From an uncultured virus (IMG/VR IMGVR_UViG_3300028595_000010) (lineage: Duplodnaviria; Heunggongvirae; Uroviricota; Caudoviricetes), in IMG/VR virus record IMGVR_UViG_3300028595_000010: a DNA stretch of 64,000 bases; one strand, written 5' to 3'. The translations under genes and the position numbers were made by a program. Within the stretch, counting starts at the first letter, position 1. Each line of letters opens with the position of its first letter. Below the pieces are notes generated by a model. It was not told where the DNA came from and ran no database searches. It worked only from the letters and a program-made list of their open reading frames with translations. Shown piece by piece: positions 30,846 through 41,800 of the stretch.

Positions 30846-33413
30846 TTATTGACAGTAAGATTCGCCACAGGTTAAACATTTGACGCACCCCTCAAGGTAT
30901 GTCAATTTAGATCCACATTGCGAGCATTTAATAGATCCAACTGCTCCATTATTAATATACTTTTTCAATACTCTAGCTATACCTTTCTCAAAAGAATTCA
31001 TATTTGTTGGAGTAGTCTTATTTAATTGCTCACAAATAAATTGAATTGGAACACCATGTCTTAAAGATACTGATATAAATCTGGTATGAAATGCTTCAGC
31101 TGGCTCAAATTCGCCACCAAGATCTTTAATATGAGGCTTAGGTTTTTGTCTTGATTCTTCATCATAAGAGGTCGGATCATCTAAAAAGAGATTATATTTT
31201 CTGCGCCCTTTATCATCTCGACTATTCTTCTTTATAAATGCAGTTTTGTACTTGAAGGGAATAGAAACTTCTTCTCTACATCCTCCAAAAATTTCATATG
31301 GAGATCCGTGTAACAATCCTACAAAGAAAATCCACTGGCTTCCTTGTATTGTTGAATAGTGAATATCACATGGAAGAATCTGTGGACGCTTTGGTGCATT
31401 ACTAGGTTGAATTTTATCTAGCAATTCATCCATCTTACTTTTCGTAATAATTCCTTGTCTTGATCCATCACGATAAACAGTTACGCCCTTCAATCCTTCT
31501 TTCCATGCTTTCATATAGATTTTGCCAACCACTTCCTCTGAAACATCTGACGAAAGATTGATTGTGCTACTGATGCTGTGAGTTGTATATTTTTGAACAA
31601 CTCCTTGAAGTCTCACTCTATTTTCCCACTCAATTTCTTCTGCAGTAGAGCCAGCATATGGAGAATCTTCAATTTCAGTCTTTCCCGTCACTTCTTTCCA
31701 TTTTGCAAGCTGAGGATGGTCAAGTTCATACTCTTGCCATTTCTCGCCTTTTTCATCGGTGAAGTCAACTTGATCAGCATCACATTCTGTATAATTTATT
31801 CTTCTCTTTCTAATCATCGACAATGCATAAACTGGTTCAATACCAGATGATGTACGAGTAAGACTACTTACAGTACCAGTTGGCGCACATGTAGATATAG
31901 AAATATTTCTTCGGCCAAACTGCTCCATTCTTTTTGCAACCTCAGGGAGTTCTTCCCTAAGCATTTTAACAAATTCAGATTTGTTTTCGTACTCTTCTAA
32001 AAAATCTATGAACCTGCCACGAGAAATTGCCATGTCAATTGATGAATTGAATTCAGCATCACATTTTGATTTCATCACAGATTCTACAAACTCTACTGCA
32101 TCATCCGAATCATACTTCATGCCCATAGCAGCAATCATATCACCCATTGCAGTAAAACCAAGACCAGTTCGCCTACCTCTCTTGCCGTAATGCTGAAGTA
32201 GCTTCCATGTATCAATTTCTATTTGCTTTACATTTTTTGGCTCAGGATCTGATTCAATTTTTTCAAGAATTTGATCTATCCGTTCAAGTTCGAGATCAAC
32301 TAGATCATCATTGAGTTTTTGAGCAATATATGTAACTTCATAAAACTTCTCAAAATTGAATGATGCTTTTTCTGTGAATGGGTTGTCTACAAAAGAATAC
32401 AAGTTGATCGCAATAAGGCGACATGAATCTCCTCCTTGCATTGCGATCTCTCCACATGGGTTCGTACTCGCATTTTCAAATCCAGGATAAATAGATGAAG
32501 TAGAATAATGATGATGCTTATCCCAAAAAATCAAACCGGGCTCAGCGAAGTTTCTTGCTGAATAGACAATCTTGTTCCACAATTCCTTAGCATTAACAGA
32601 ACGAGTAACCTCTGCATCCTCCGGTTTACAATCTACTGGCCATCTTAAAATGTATTCTTCATCTGCCTCTACAGCATTCATAAATTCATCAGTTAGTCGT
32701 ACCGAAATATTTGCGCCCGTTACAGATGTACAATCTTGTTTAATTGTAATAAATTCTTCAATGTCTGGGTGTGCAACACACATTGTTAGCATCAAAGCCC
32801 CTCTACGCCCATTCTGTCCTACTTCTTCAGTAGTTCTTGAAAATCTATGCATAAAAGATACTGAGCCAGTCGTTGTACCAGCAGCATTTGATACATACTC
32901 TTTTTTTGGTCTCAATCTTGAAAGATCAACCCCTACACCACATCTCCTTTTAAACAGTTGGGCTAACTGCTGATCTGTGTAACAAATTCCTCCATATGAA
33001 TCAATTACATCAGGTATTACAACACAATTTGATAATGATCCTATGATTTGATCATTTCCCAGTACTGACATCACACTTCCTTGTGGAATTATATACTTAA
33101 AATTCTTAAATAATTCAAGAATTTTATCTTCAGTTACTCCAACAAATGCCTTTCCAATAGAAGTTAAATTTAAATAGTCTTCCTCATCAAGCCACTTATC
33201 ATACTTCTTTTCAATTCGAGCAAATTCTCTCGCCATTCTAATATGCATATCTTCTGGTGTAAGCTCAAGATATTCATCTTGGTCTTTATGAATTGCATAC
33301 TTATTTATCCAATTATCAGCAGCCATTTCATCGCCGCCAAAATATTCTATAGTTGCTTTTTTAACTTGGTCTCGAGTGTAGGTTGTGGCAATAATATTAG
33401 TCATAGTATTCAT
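30846..33413 (-). CDS. nrdJ: adenosylcobalamin-dependent (class II) ribonucleotide reductase
   Basis: SLSNCVV, RRGALM, TNPCGEI, CAPTGT, SISSTINL, GLKGVTVYRDGSR, C-terminal Cys pairs. Confidence 0.92.
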   Translation of the reverse strand: MNTMTNIIATTYTRDQVKKATIEYFGGDEMAADNWINKYAIHKDQDEYLELTPEDMHIRMAREFARIEKKYDKWLDEEDYLNLTSIGKAFVGVTEDKILELFKNFKYIIPQGSVMSVLGNDQIIGSLSNCVVIPDVIDSYGGICYTDQQLAQLFKRRCGVGVDLSRLRPKKEYVSNAAGTTTGSVSFMHRFSRTTEEVGQNGRRGALMLTMCVAHPDIEEFITIKQDCTSVTGANISVRLTDEFMNAVEADEEYILRWPVDCKPEDAEVTRSVNAKELWNKIVYSARNFAEPGLIFWDKHHHYSTSSIYPGFENASTNPCGEIAMQGGDSCRLIAINLYSFVDNPFTEKASFNFEKFYEVTYIAQKLNDDLVDLELERIDQILEKIESDPEPKNVKQIEIDTWKLLQHYGKRGRRTGLGFTAMGDMIAAMGMKYDSDDAVEFVESVMKSKCDAEFNSSIDMAISRGRFIDFLEEYENKSEFVKMLREELPEVAKRMEQFGRRNISISTCAPTGTVSSLTRTSSGIEPVYALSMIRKRRINYTECDADQVDFTDEKGEKWQEYELDHPQLAKWKEVTGKTEIEDSPYAGSTAEEIEWENRVRLQGVVQKYTTHSISSTINLSSDVSEEVVGKIYMKAWKEGLKGVTVYRDGSRQGIITKSKMDELLDKIQPSNAPKRPQILPCDIHYSTIQGSQWIFFVGLLHGSPYEIFGGCREEVSIPFKYKTAFIKKNSRDDKGRRKYNLFLDDPTSYDEESRQKPKPHIKDLGGEFEPAEAFHTRFISVSLRHGVPIQFICEQLNKTTPTNMNSFEKGIARVLKKYINNGAVGSIKCSQCGSKLTYLEGCVKCLTCGESYCQ

Positions 33414-33427
33414 TTGTATTTAATTCC

Positions 33428-33802
33428 TTAGGATTTTCCAACTAAAAGCCAATTCTTGTCATCTGTCTTTATTAAAACAAAGCTCCCATTCACTTTTGTC
33501 CCTTTTAGATCAAAAATAATTCGGTCTTTTATCAATTTATGAATTTTAGCTTCTCCCACATCATATAACTCAACAATGTCTCCATTCTTCAATCTTCCCT
33601 CAAAGGACATATGATAGGTAGGATGAGTGTCATCGACCCATACTGCCAAATTCCTTTTCCCTCTACTAGGAAGTGTTTGTTTCGGTATTGCCCAAGATAA
33701 TACACGCTTCTCTTTAGGCAAAAGTATTCGTAGATCCCAATGTGTTCCAGGTCCAGGTCGTTTTCCATAATGAACCTGAATTGAAAACTTTCCGTCAATC
33801 AT
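33428..33802 (-). CDS. stand-alone LigD-type 3'-phosphoesterase (PE) domain protein
   Basis: H...HWDLRI, SWAIPK, RNLAV..D.HP.Y..FEG. Confidence 0.8.
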   Translation of the reverse strand: MIDGKFSIQVHYGKRPGPGTHWDLRILLPKEKRVLSWAIPKQTLPSRGKRNLAVWVDDTHPTYHMSFEGRLKNGDIVELYDVGEAKIHKLIKDRIIFDLKGTKVNGSFVLIKTDDKNWLLVGKS

Positions 33803-34118
33803 AATGTGACTCCGGAGGCGGAGGAACTACTTTAGATGGATTTGGTGCAACTTTATCGACGTCTAATTCCTCGATCTCAGGAGAAGGTGGCTCTTGATAT
33901 CCCGGTCCAGGCATACCCATTGCTCCCATAGGATCGGGTTGCCCAGTTTGATCCATTCCCATTCCTGTTGGAGGTTGAGGCATTTGCCCCTGTTGTTCCT
34001 CTTGCTCTGGTTGTGGGGCCTGTTGTTGATCTTCAGGAACTTCTTCTGCCTGCTCACCAAGATATAGTCTAGTAACTTTCTTGATGCTTGATTCAATCAC
34101 TCTGTCTAATTCATCCAT
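33795..34118 (-). CDS. hypothetical Pro/Gln-rich protein
   Basis: Start moved to ATG 34118 (MDELDR), overlapping the ruvC stop. Confidence 0.6.
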   Translation of the reverse strand: MDELDRVIESSIKKVTRLYLGEQAEEVPEDQQQAPQPEQEEQQGQMPQPPTGMGMDQTGQPDPMGAMGMPGPGYQEPPSPEIEELDVDKVAPNPSKVVPPPPESHYD

Positions 34119-34863
34119 ATCTGTTTCCCTTATGTAAGCAATATGCAATACAGATAGAATCTGCAATATCGGGAGAGAGACCGGTTTGTGAGTAAATATC
34201 ATTTCCGATTGAAGAAAGCTCTTTTGATGCTTCCTTCTCAAGTTTTTTCAGTTCCTGTTTTGAAGTCTTATGTTCTCTCTCTAGGATTTTTATTTTGTTC
34301 TCATGATCAACCCTATCATTCCCTACAATGGGATTGCGTTTACGAGCAAGTGCAGCCTTTAATTTATCGATTTGACCCTTACGATCATGATTGCCGTTTC
34401 TTACTTTTGAGATCTTTTCTTTTACTTCTTTTTCATGAATATCCCACTTATTGAAGTCCCCAGCCACACTAAGCCCAAAATGCCTAGCAACTTCGAGCTG
34501 TATCTTCCATTTAGGAGATTGTCCATTAAGTTTGTCGAGAGAATTAGCTTTCCAAAATGTAGGTTCATATATAGTGACTCTATCCTTTAACACATTGAAT
34601 GCAGATTGAATACATACACCATTTATTCGAGCTAATTTAACTAACGTTTTTACCCCACTAAGAGCAAGAATTGCATCTTCTATTGCACAATAATCTGGTT
34701 TCAATCTTTCTACAAGCCTTTGAATTTCAATGTGATATAAATTGAGTTGTTGAGGCAATGTGAAAGATCTAGGACATACAATTTGTCCAAACTCAACTAA
34801 CTTTCCATCCTCTAATAAACTCCAGCCAGACGTTGATGCGGGATCAATTCCGATTATTCTCAT
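34111..34863 (-). CDS. ruvC: RuvC-like Holliday junction resolvase with coiled-coil insertion
   Basis: IIGIDP, AIED, C-terminal DIADSICIA. Confidence 0.8.
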   Translation of the reverse strand: MRIIGIDPASTSGWSLLEDGKLVEFGQIVCPRSFTLPQQLNLYHIEIQRLVERLKPDYCAIEDAILALSGVKTLVKLARINGVCIQSAFNVLKDRVTIYEPTFWKANSLDKLNGQSPKWKIQLEVARHFGLSVAGDFNKWDIHEKEVKEKISKVRNGNHDRKGQIDKLKAALARKRNPIVGNDRVDHENKIKILEREHKTSKQELKKLEKEASKELSSIGNDIYSQTGLSPDIADSICIAYCLHKGNRYG

Positions 34864-35311
34864 TTTTCAACTCACTTCTTATTTTTGTGAGAAGGATACC
34901 CAATCTATCCTTTCCATTATTTTGCCATCCCCAATAGATATCTGTTGGAGAATCTTCATGAATCGAAAGATTTCCTGTAGATAGAAGAAGACCTTTGCAG
35001 GTGGCGTTCTGTGTGAATTTAGCGTATAGAGCTTTATACATAATTTTCTCTTTAACTTCTTCCCAATCCTCTCTAGCCTTGAACTCATAACCCTTCTTCT
35101 TGGCTTCAGCAGGATGAGGAGTCAATCTTATATCTTCTATCATCAAAGGATCTAATGACTTGTGGGCTTGGTAATAATGCTCTACAGTAGGCCACATTTT
35201 TCCATCAATAAAAATACGAGAGGGATAAAAATTGGATAATGGCCAATACTTATTTTTCTTCCCGTAGAAAAGAATTTTATCTTCTCTACGGGATAGATTT
35301 GATTGTTTCAC
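34844..35311 (-). CDS. NADAR family protein (YbiA-like)
   Basis: LSNFY, WPTVEHYYQAHK, AKFTQN, LLSTG, EDSPTDIYWG, G.DRLG.LL. Confidence 0.9.
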   Translation of the reverse strand: MKQSNLSRREDKILFYGKKNKYWPLSNFYPSRIFIDGKMWPTVEHYYQAHKSLDPLMIEDIRLTPHPAEAKKKGYEFKAREDWEEVKEKIMYKALYAKFTQNATCKGLLLSTGNLSIHEDSPTDIYWGWQNNGKDRLGILLTKIRSELKNENNRN

Positions 35312-36264
35312 TACACTTTCCAGGAAGTGACATTGATTGCCACTAACTGTCTATTTACATCTTCTCCATCCTTAATATCCACAATATCACAAGGAACATT
35401 ATAATTATCAGAATTATCAAAAAATGCTGTGCATGGAATATTGTAGCACATTGAATATGTCATATATTTGGATGGGAATCCAAAGAATCTTTGACACCCA
35501 TGTAGATGATTAACAATATTCTGATCCAAGATATTTCGAATAGAACAGAAATTAGCTATCTTTCCTAAATCTTGTGATTCTTTATACGAATAAATGCTAT
35601 CAATATCCCCAATAGCATAAATAATCATATTTTTATGTTTACTAGTCAGAAACTTTATATAGTCAACAGAAAACTTCTGCCCATTAACTGATCTATTTAA
35701 ATCAATCAAAATAAATTTACGCTGGGACTGAATTTCTGCTGTTTTTTGCATTCTGAAAAATTCGTCTGGATGCTTTTTAGTAAAAGCCTTGTTGACTTCA
35801 TCAATTTGCTGTTTTTCCTCAATTGTAGGCATCTTCTCTTTTGGTGTGATGACTGTACGAGGATCAGCTTTCTTTTCTTCTTCTGATCTCCTATCTGCTT
35901 CTGTATAATCTTCTTCGCATTTATGATCTACATTAACATCTACAGATCCACATCTTATACACAATTGTTTTCTTCGTCTATACGAGATGATTGTTTTAAT
36001 TCTAGCGTCAAGCTCTGGCATGACGTTAGTTTCATTTTCTGCAAGTTCTTCAAGAGAAGAAACTACTTCTTCTTTTGCAACTCCATGAATTTCTACAACA
36101 TCTTCTTTTCTGAGTTCTACATCAGTCATGTCTGCTTTTACATAATTCTCGTAACAAACATGTTCTGCTCCATCCTTCACGCAACCACATAGTTCGCAAA
36201 GACCTTTCTTTTTTCTGTATCCGACTACAGATCTCTTTTTGGCTTCAGATACTTTTGCTGGCAT
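35311..36264 (-). CDS. hypothetical protein with two repeated Zn-finger-like units
   Basis: YR+KK.LC..CG....H.C.E.Y..AD repeated twice. Confidence 0.65.
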   Translation of the reverse strand: MPAKVSEAKKRSVVGYRKKKGLCELCGCVKDGAEHVCYENYVKADMTDVELRKEDVVEIHGVAKEEVVSSLEELAENETNVMPELDARIKTIISYRRRKQLCIRCGSVDVNVDHKCEEDYTEADRRSEEEKKADPRTVITPKEKMPTIEEKQQIDEVNKAFTKKHPDEFFRMQKTAEIQSQRKFILIDLNRSVNGQKFSVDYIKFLTSKHKNMIIYAIGDIDSIYSYKESQDLGKIANFCSIRNILDQNIVNHLHGCQRFFGFPSKYMTYSMCYNIPCTAFFDNSDNYNVPCDIVDIKDGEDVNRQLVAINVTSWKV

Positions 36265-36266
36265 TT

Positions 36267-37538
36267 CTAATTACTCTCCATTAGTTTTCGAATTTCTTCA
36301 ACCGCTTTATTACAATCAATTCTGTAAAAACATGGGCTAGCATTATTTATGTTATATGGACAAGGATTATGTCCATGCATAAAACATCTAGCTCCTCCAA
36401 ATTTGCATACTTGTTCATCTTTCCCTTTTGGTTGGATCCATCCACAATTCTTATACGTTGACATTCGTAATCTTGCATCGAACGGTGCATAAATTCCAAA
36501 AGTTTTTGTTCCAACTGCTGGCCCAATATGAGCCATCGATGAATCAGGGCAAATTACCATCTTAGCATATTTCACAAGACTCACCGAGTCAGATATAGAT
36601 TCAGAATGTTTGCAGAAACTAAACATATTTGCTCTCAAATCTTTCGGAATAATAGCTTTAACAAAATTATCAATTTGATCTGCAACTGATGGTCTATCTG
36701 TAACAACAATTTTTTGTCCTTCCTCTAATAAAGGACATAGAATTCTTGCCCATACATCAAGAGGAGGAGTTCGTATTGCTGAGGATGCTCTCATTTGAAA
36801 AACAATATAATCATTCTCTTTGAGATGATTATCGTTCAGAAATTTTTTTACTTTTTCATTACAAGACTTTGTAGTCTTGAGAATTGGGCGCAAAATAGAT
36901 TCAGGTAAATCTAATCCGAGTTTCATACTGAACAATTTGTACGCGTTGATTTTCTCAGCGTCCTTACAACGTTCAATAACTCCTTCGAATGTAACATGAT
37001 AATCTGCTTTTTCTACTTCTTTCAGTGAAAACGGAACAGCGTGAAGCTCATCTATCAAATCACCCCAAGTTCTCAAAAATGAAAAGTAAACTGGAGCACA
37101 TGCAAATTTCACTTTGCAATCTGGATACTTCATTTTCAAATAACGGATAGACGGCTGTATAAACAAGATGTCTCCAATTCCACCAGCTCTCCATAATAAT
37201 ACAGTCTTCCCTGTTAGATCTTCTCCATTGTATGGCTTGTAATAATCTTTGAAATCTTTTCCAGACGGTTCAAGGATTGGTTTTCCCGACTGTTGATCAA
37301 TTCTAAGTTGAACATATAGAGAGGGAATCATTACGAATTCCTCTCCCTTTCTAAATATCTTTTGATTCTTATTATCGAAAAACCAATTAAATTCCTCGAC
37401 AGATTTAACTATTCCATACACAGGAGGAGTATGTTTAGCATCTTCAATATCAACAAACATTTTTCCGCTATCTTGCGGATTAACATGTAATGATTCTAAT
37501 ACCTTGTTAAATTCTTCAAGATCCATTTTCACTCTCAA
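36267..37538 (-). CDS. glycosyltransferase family 9-like protein
   Basis: RAGGIGDIL and CPDSSMAHIGPAVGTKTFGIY motifs of heptosyltransferase-like GT-B enzymes. Confidence 0.8.
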   Translation of the reverse strand: MRVKMDLEEFNKVLESLHVNPQDSGKMFVDIEDAKHTPPVYGIVKSVEEFNWFFDNKNQKIFRKGEEFVMIPSLYVQLRIDQQSGKPILEPSGKDFKDYYKPYNGEDLTGKTVLLWRAGGIGDILFIQPSIRYLKMKYPDCKVKFACAPVYFSFLRTWGDLIDELHAVPFSLKEVEKADYHVTFEGVIERCKDAEKINAYKLFSMKLGLDLPESILRPILKTTKSCNEKVKKFLNDNHLKENDYIVFQMRASSAIRTPPLDVWARILCPLLEEGQKIVVTDRPSVADQIDNFVKAIIPKDLRANMFSFCKHSESISDSVSLVKYAKMVICPDSSMAHIGPAVGTKTFGIYAPFDARLRMSTYKNCGWIQPKGKDEQVCKFGGARCFMHGHNPCPYNINNASPCFYRIDCNKAVEEIRKLMESN

Positions 37539-37953
37539 TTGCAGTTCTCAGTTCATTTGACGAAACCGGACTATGTAGATTCTCAGTCAAATCTTTTTTG
37601 ACTTGATCTAACTTATCATCAACGGTATCGTAAAGAAGACATATTGAATGATTACCTACTGTATTTGCTCTCTGGGAGACTTTAGTCATGAAACTCTTAA
37701 GTTCTTCCAGCATTCCCAAGATATAATAGATATTACCTATCTCGTAGGTAATATCTTTATCGAGTGCCCTATCAACCAACTGAATGATTTCCTTAATGTC
37801 GGCCCTGTATTTTGCCCATTGGGTCTTGGACTTTGAAATCCTGCATTTGTATGCAAACGTTTCAAAATCATCTCGATATCGTTTCTTAAATGCTTTTCGA
37901 TTAAATTCATATCGATGTATTTTTGGGAACTGTTCAGATTCAGACATATTCAT
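37516..37953 (-). CDS. hypothetical protein
   Basis: Start moved to ATG 37953, just downstream of an AGAACAAAAAT motif. Confidence 0.6.
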   Translation of the reverse strand: MNMSESEQFPKIHRYEFNRKAFKKRYRDDFETFAYKCRISKSKTQWAKYRADIKEIIQLVDRALDKDITYEIGNIYYILGMLEELKSFMTKVSQRANTVGNHSICLLYDTVDDKLDQVKKDLTENLHSPVSSNELRTAIESENGS

Positions 37954-38071
37954 TTTCTCTTTAATTTTTGTTCTTGTGAACATCATTTCCAAAAACGACT
38001 AGAACATATATACAAGCAGGGTAGTCAAACCTTACTCAAACTAAAAGAAACATCCCAAATGGAGACCGAAA

Positions 38072-38287
38072 ATGAACGAAGAGTATGTAAAGTTCCTAGA
38101 GCAACTGAAAGAGACTTTCCAGGAATTTGTAGAAGCAGCAGAAGCAGGAAAGAAAACCAAGGCATCCGCGCTCAGAGCAAGAAAGCTTAGTCTAAAGCTA
38201 AGAACTGATCTTCAAGGATTCAGAGAGAAATCGTTATCCAACGATAAATTCTTGACAGAAAACAAGAAGGCAAAAAAAAGAAGCTGA
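38072..38287 (+). CDS. histone H1-like (Hc1-type) small basic protein
   Basis: AEAGKKTKASALRARKLSLKL; GGAG RBS. Confidence 0.7.
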   Translation: MNEEYVKFLEQLKETFQEFVEAAEAGKKTKASALRARKLSLKLRTDLQGFREKSLSNDKFLTENKKAKKRS

Positions 38288-38340
38288 ACAGGGATAAAAT
38301 CCTGAATAAGAGATCCGAGAGTGTGATCTCTCGGGACACT

Positions 38341-38370
38341 AGGCCCTAAAGCGATTAAACTTTAGGGCCT
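38341..38370. terminator. hairpin between convergent genes
   Basis: AGGCCCTAAAG / CTTTAGGGCCT perfect inverted repeat. Confidence 0.65.
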
Positions 38371-38376
38371 GATTTC

Positions 38377-38802
38377 TTAGGAGTTTGTTACTTTTGATAC
38401 TGTGTCTGGCCTATCCGAATACTCATATGGGAAATCTACCCACCAGAGATTATTAACCTTTTCACACCAGTATAGTGGCTGATAATTTGATGTAGTTCTC
38501 AAAAATATTGTTGCAACATCAGGCTTAACTACAAAGGTTTTACATCTTTCAAGAACCTTCATAATTGTTCCTCCTGAGTCACAAATATCATCCACTATAA
38601 GCGTTTTACTATGTATTTTATGTACTGATGTCAAAGGAATATCAAAGTAATAAGATAGCACTGTAGCAATAGGCAATCCACCTCTTGGAATTCCACATAT
38701 ATCAGTATATTCTTTCCCTTCTCTTTCAATCTGCATGGCCAGATCTTTAACGTATATTCCGTAGTCATTCCATGTGACTATCATTTTCTTTTTATGTGCC
38801 AT
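38377..38802 (-). CDS. type I phosphoribosyltransferase
   Basis: GIPRGG, LIVDDICDSGGT, WVDFPYE. Confidence 0.85.
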   Translation of the reverse strand: MAHKKKMIVTWNDYGIYVKDLAMQIEREGKEYTDICGIPRGGLPIATVLSYYFDIPLTSVHKIHSKTLIVDDICDSGGTIMKVLERCKTFVVKPDVATIFLRTTSNYQPLYWCEKVNNLWWVDFPYEYSDRPDTVSKVTNS

Positions 38803-38803
38803 A

Positions 38804-41800
38804 TTAGAATAGACAGATATTACTCTTCTTTGCTAGGGGTTCAAGTAAAATATCCACTCTATCATTTATTGCAAATGCAATAATTCTTTGAGTGTCAACT
38901 ATATAATATTCTGGTATCTTAGTAATTGTTTCAGGAATGACTATGACATTAAGATCTTTCTGATTCCATTTTTTAAGGAACTCTTTATGGAAGTTATCTA
39001 CAACTTTATGTGGAGCTTTATCTAGATCAATTCCCTTAATTGGAACTAGAATTCCTCTATTTCCATGCCTGAAATGATCATACTCCAAGCAGTTCCATAT
39101 TAACATACCTTTGAGATGTTGTGGAATTGTCTTGTATTGATTCAATGGTTTTGAGAAGGCAACAGTCTTGAAGATTGATGGATCTCCTTTTATAACCATA
39201 TCAATTGCTGTAGCTTTGAAATCATTTACAAGATCTAACGTTCCCTCATACGTGAAATCATCATTCTTGAGAATGTTATCAATCAATTTCTCAAGCATAT
39301 CTTTAGTTAATTGAGAAAAATCGCTTCGTTTTATTTCGAGGCCTTTGATATCTACCTCATCAGTTGCAACTCCTTCCTGACTAACAACATGTAATGCATA
39401 CTTCTTCTTGACATTCAGGCAGTAATAACGTCTTGCTATCAATTCACTCTTAATGTCAAGCATGGATTCATCTTTAGCAATATTGTGCAATTTAGCATAT
39501 CCAGTCAGTAGCATTCCATTGAGAAAATTATGAATATTCTCTGTCTCTTTTGCAATCGATTCAGGATTTGGGTCAATTCCTAATTTTTCCAAATACGGTT
39601 CCATATGGAGAAACAGAGAATCAGTATCACAATACTTCAAATATTCTTTGTATTCCTCAACATCAGTCATGTAATTTGGATTTATGTCAATTGATACAGC
39701 TTTCATATCTTTACGAGATTCAGCCATTTTTGTCATCCAGGTATCTACATGTTCTCCAGCAAACTTAATTAGGTCCTGTCCTGACAATGTAACTGTTGAA
39801 GCTAGATCCAAATTATAGAATCTGAAATGCTCCTGAGCTAGAACTCCATAAAGTGAGTTAAGCAAAATCTTATAAGCCATCTGCTTATTATTATATTGCT
39901 TCCTTTCAAGATCGTTTCCAGCTTCCTTTGCCTTGAACATCAAGCCCTTGTAGTACTTTCTCTGCTTAAAAAGCTTCTTGATGATATTATAGAATATTGA
40001 TTTCTCGATGTCATGACCTTTGTAGATACACCCGGACGGAGATACAATCGCATGATATTTTTCTAAGATCTCCGTGAATTTCTTCATCGGAACATTTGCG
40101 ACCTTAGAATTGTATATCGGATTTGGAATAAGTTTGACTGAATCTCTTTCAAGAAACTTCTTTCTATGATATGTATACTCGTGAGCATCTTCAGGAGTTA
40201 TTCTTGCTACAAATGTATTCGGTCCAATATTGTATGAGCAGATAATACTTGGGTACAGACTCGTATAGTCGAAATCGATCACCCAATCATATATTCCGCC
40301 TACTGGTTCTCTAACATACGCCCCAACTATGCCCTGTTTGGTTCTACCGTGGACAGTGTTACGCATAACCGTATTATGCGACTTCAACTCAAAGTTGAAC
40401 AGACCGTCCGCAAGACCTATTGTAGACGATGCACCATTATGAGACGTTGTTGCAGCAGCTCGCAGCTCATCCTGTAATGAAAGATGACCTAACTCACTTT
40501 CTAGACCATAAAGAAGATCTGTATCTGTAATCGAATATTCACAAAATGTAAAGATGTCGGTACGATAGAGATTCATAAGATCTCCATCGTAATTCTTCTT
40601 GCCTCGATTCAAAACCTTTTGAGAAATGTTTTCAAGAGAATAACTTGGCTCATTTGTATAAGTCAAATTCTTATATAGCCACATTTGGTCAAGAGGAATT
40701 CTCCCGTAAATCAAACATGTTGACATATTTGGATCTGCAAATGTCACACCAAAAGGAGATAAATCATTCGAATTAAGCCCTATATTATCCATTCGATTTA
40801 TAATATAAGGATTATCAAATCCAGCAGAATTCCACCCACACAAATAGTCAGGATTCAATTGTTTCGTTCTGTCAACGAATGCTTGAACCATCTTTTGTTC
40901 ACTTTTAAAAATCTTCACATGCTTGAACTTCTTATGCTCGTTCAATTGTTCCCATCTTGAATCAATCCCCTTTGTAACAAGGAGATACATCTCAACTTCA
41001 CCTTCGTCCAACTTGAACGATATAGCATTTATAGGAAACTTTGCTTCTACTGGATCTGGAAAACCTCTATAACTTCCTGTATATACCTCAATATCGTAAA
41101 ATAAAATATTGCGGTGAAGAATTGGAGCTTCTCCCTTATTCCTCATGTAGTAATCAGTAGCTTGTTTATTTGCAATCTTGATGTCAGACTCGTAGCAGTG
41201 ACCTTCTTGATTTCGACCAAAGTATTTACCAATCTTCAATTCGGTATTTTTGACATCTTCTATTAGAGACTGAGTTGTTCCCTCGTACCAATAATATTCA
41301 ACGTCTTTTGGAGGAGGAGTGTATTCTTCTCTGTTGTTGTCTTTGTCTCTGAAGATGAAAATCAGTTGTCCACTTTTGCTAATATACTGAACGTCAACTA
41401 ATCGATAGTCATCCTCATAATACTTAGTTGGAATCCTATAGGTATAGGGCTCATCCACTTTCTCGGTTTTGATTTCACCAGAGTTAGTCGTTTTACTGAC
41501 TGTTACCACTTCGTCTTCCTCTTCAGGGTTGAGAAATTCAGCAGCTTGTTTGAAACAATCTACAAACTTCTTGCCGGCTTCCGAACTAAGACCTCCATTG
41601 CGTGCCACATAACTAGGATGTGCTACCACAAGGACCTTGCTCGAAAAATCGGCAAATAGGTCTTCAGATAGTTTATCCTGATATGAGAAAAATTGACCTT
41701 GAATTTTAGTAATCCCGCTATCCTTCCCAATTAAACTACGCATGGGAGTTGTACCTAAAGAAATGATTAGTTTTGGTTTACATATCTTAATAAAATTAAG

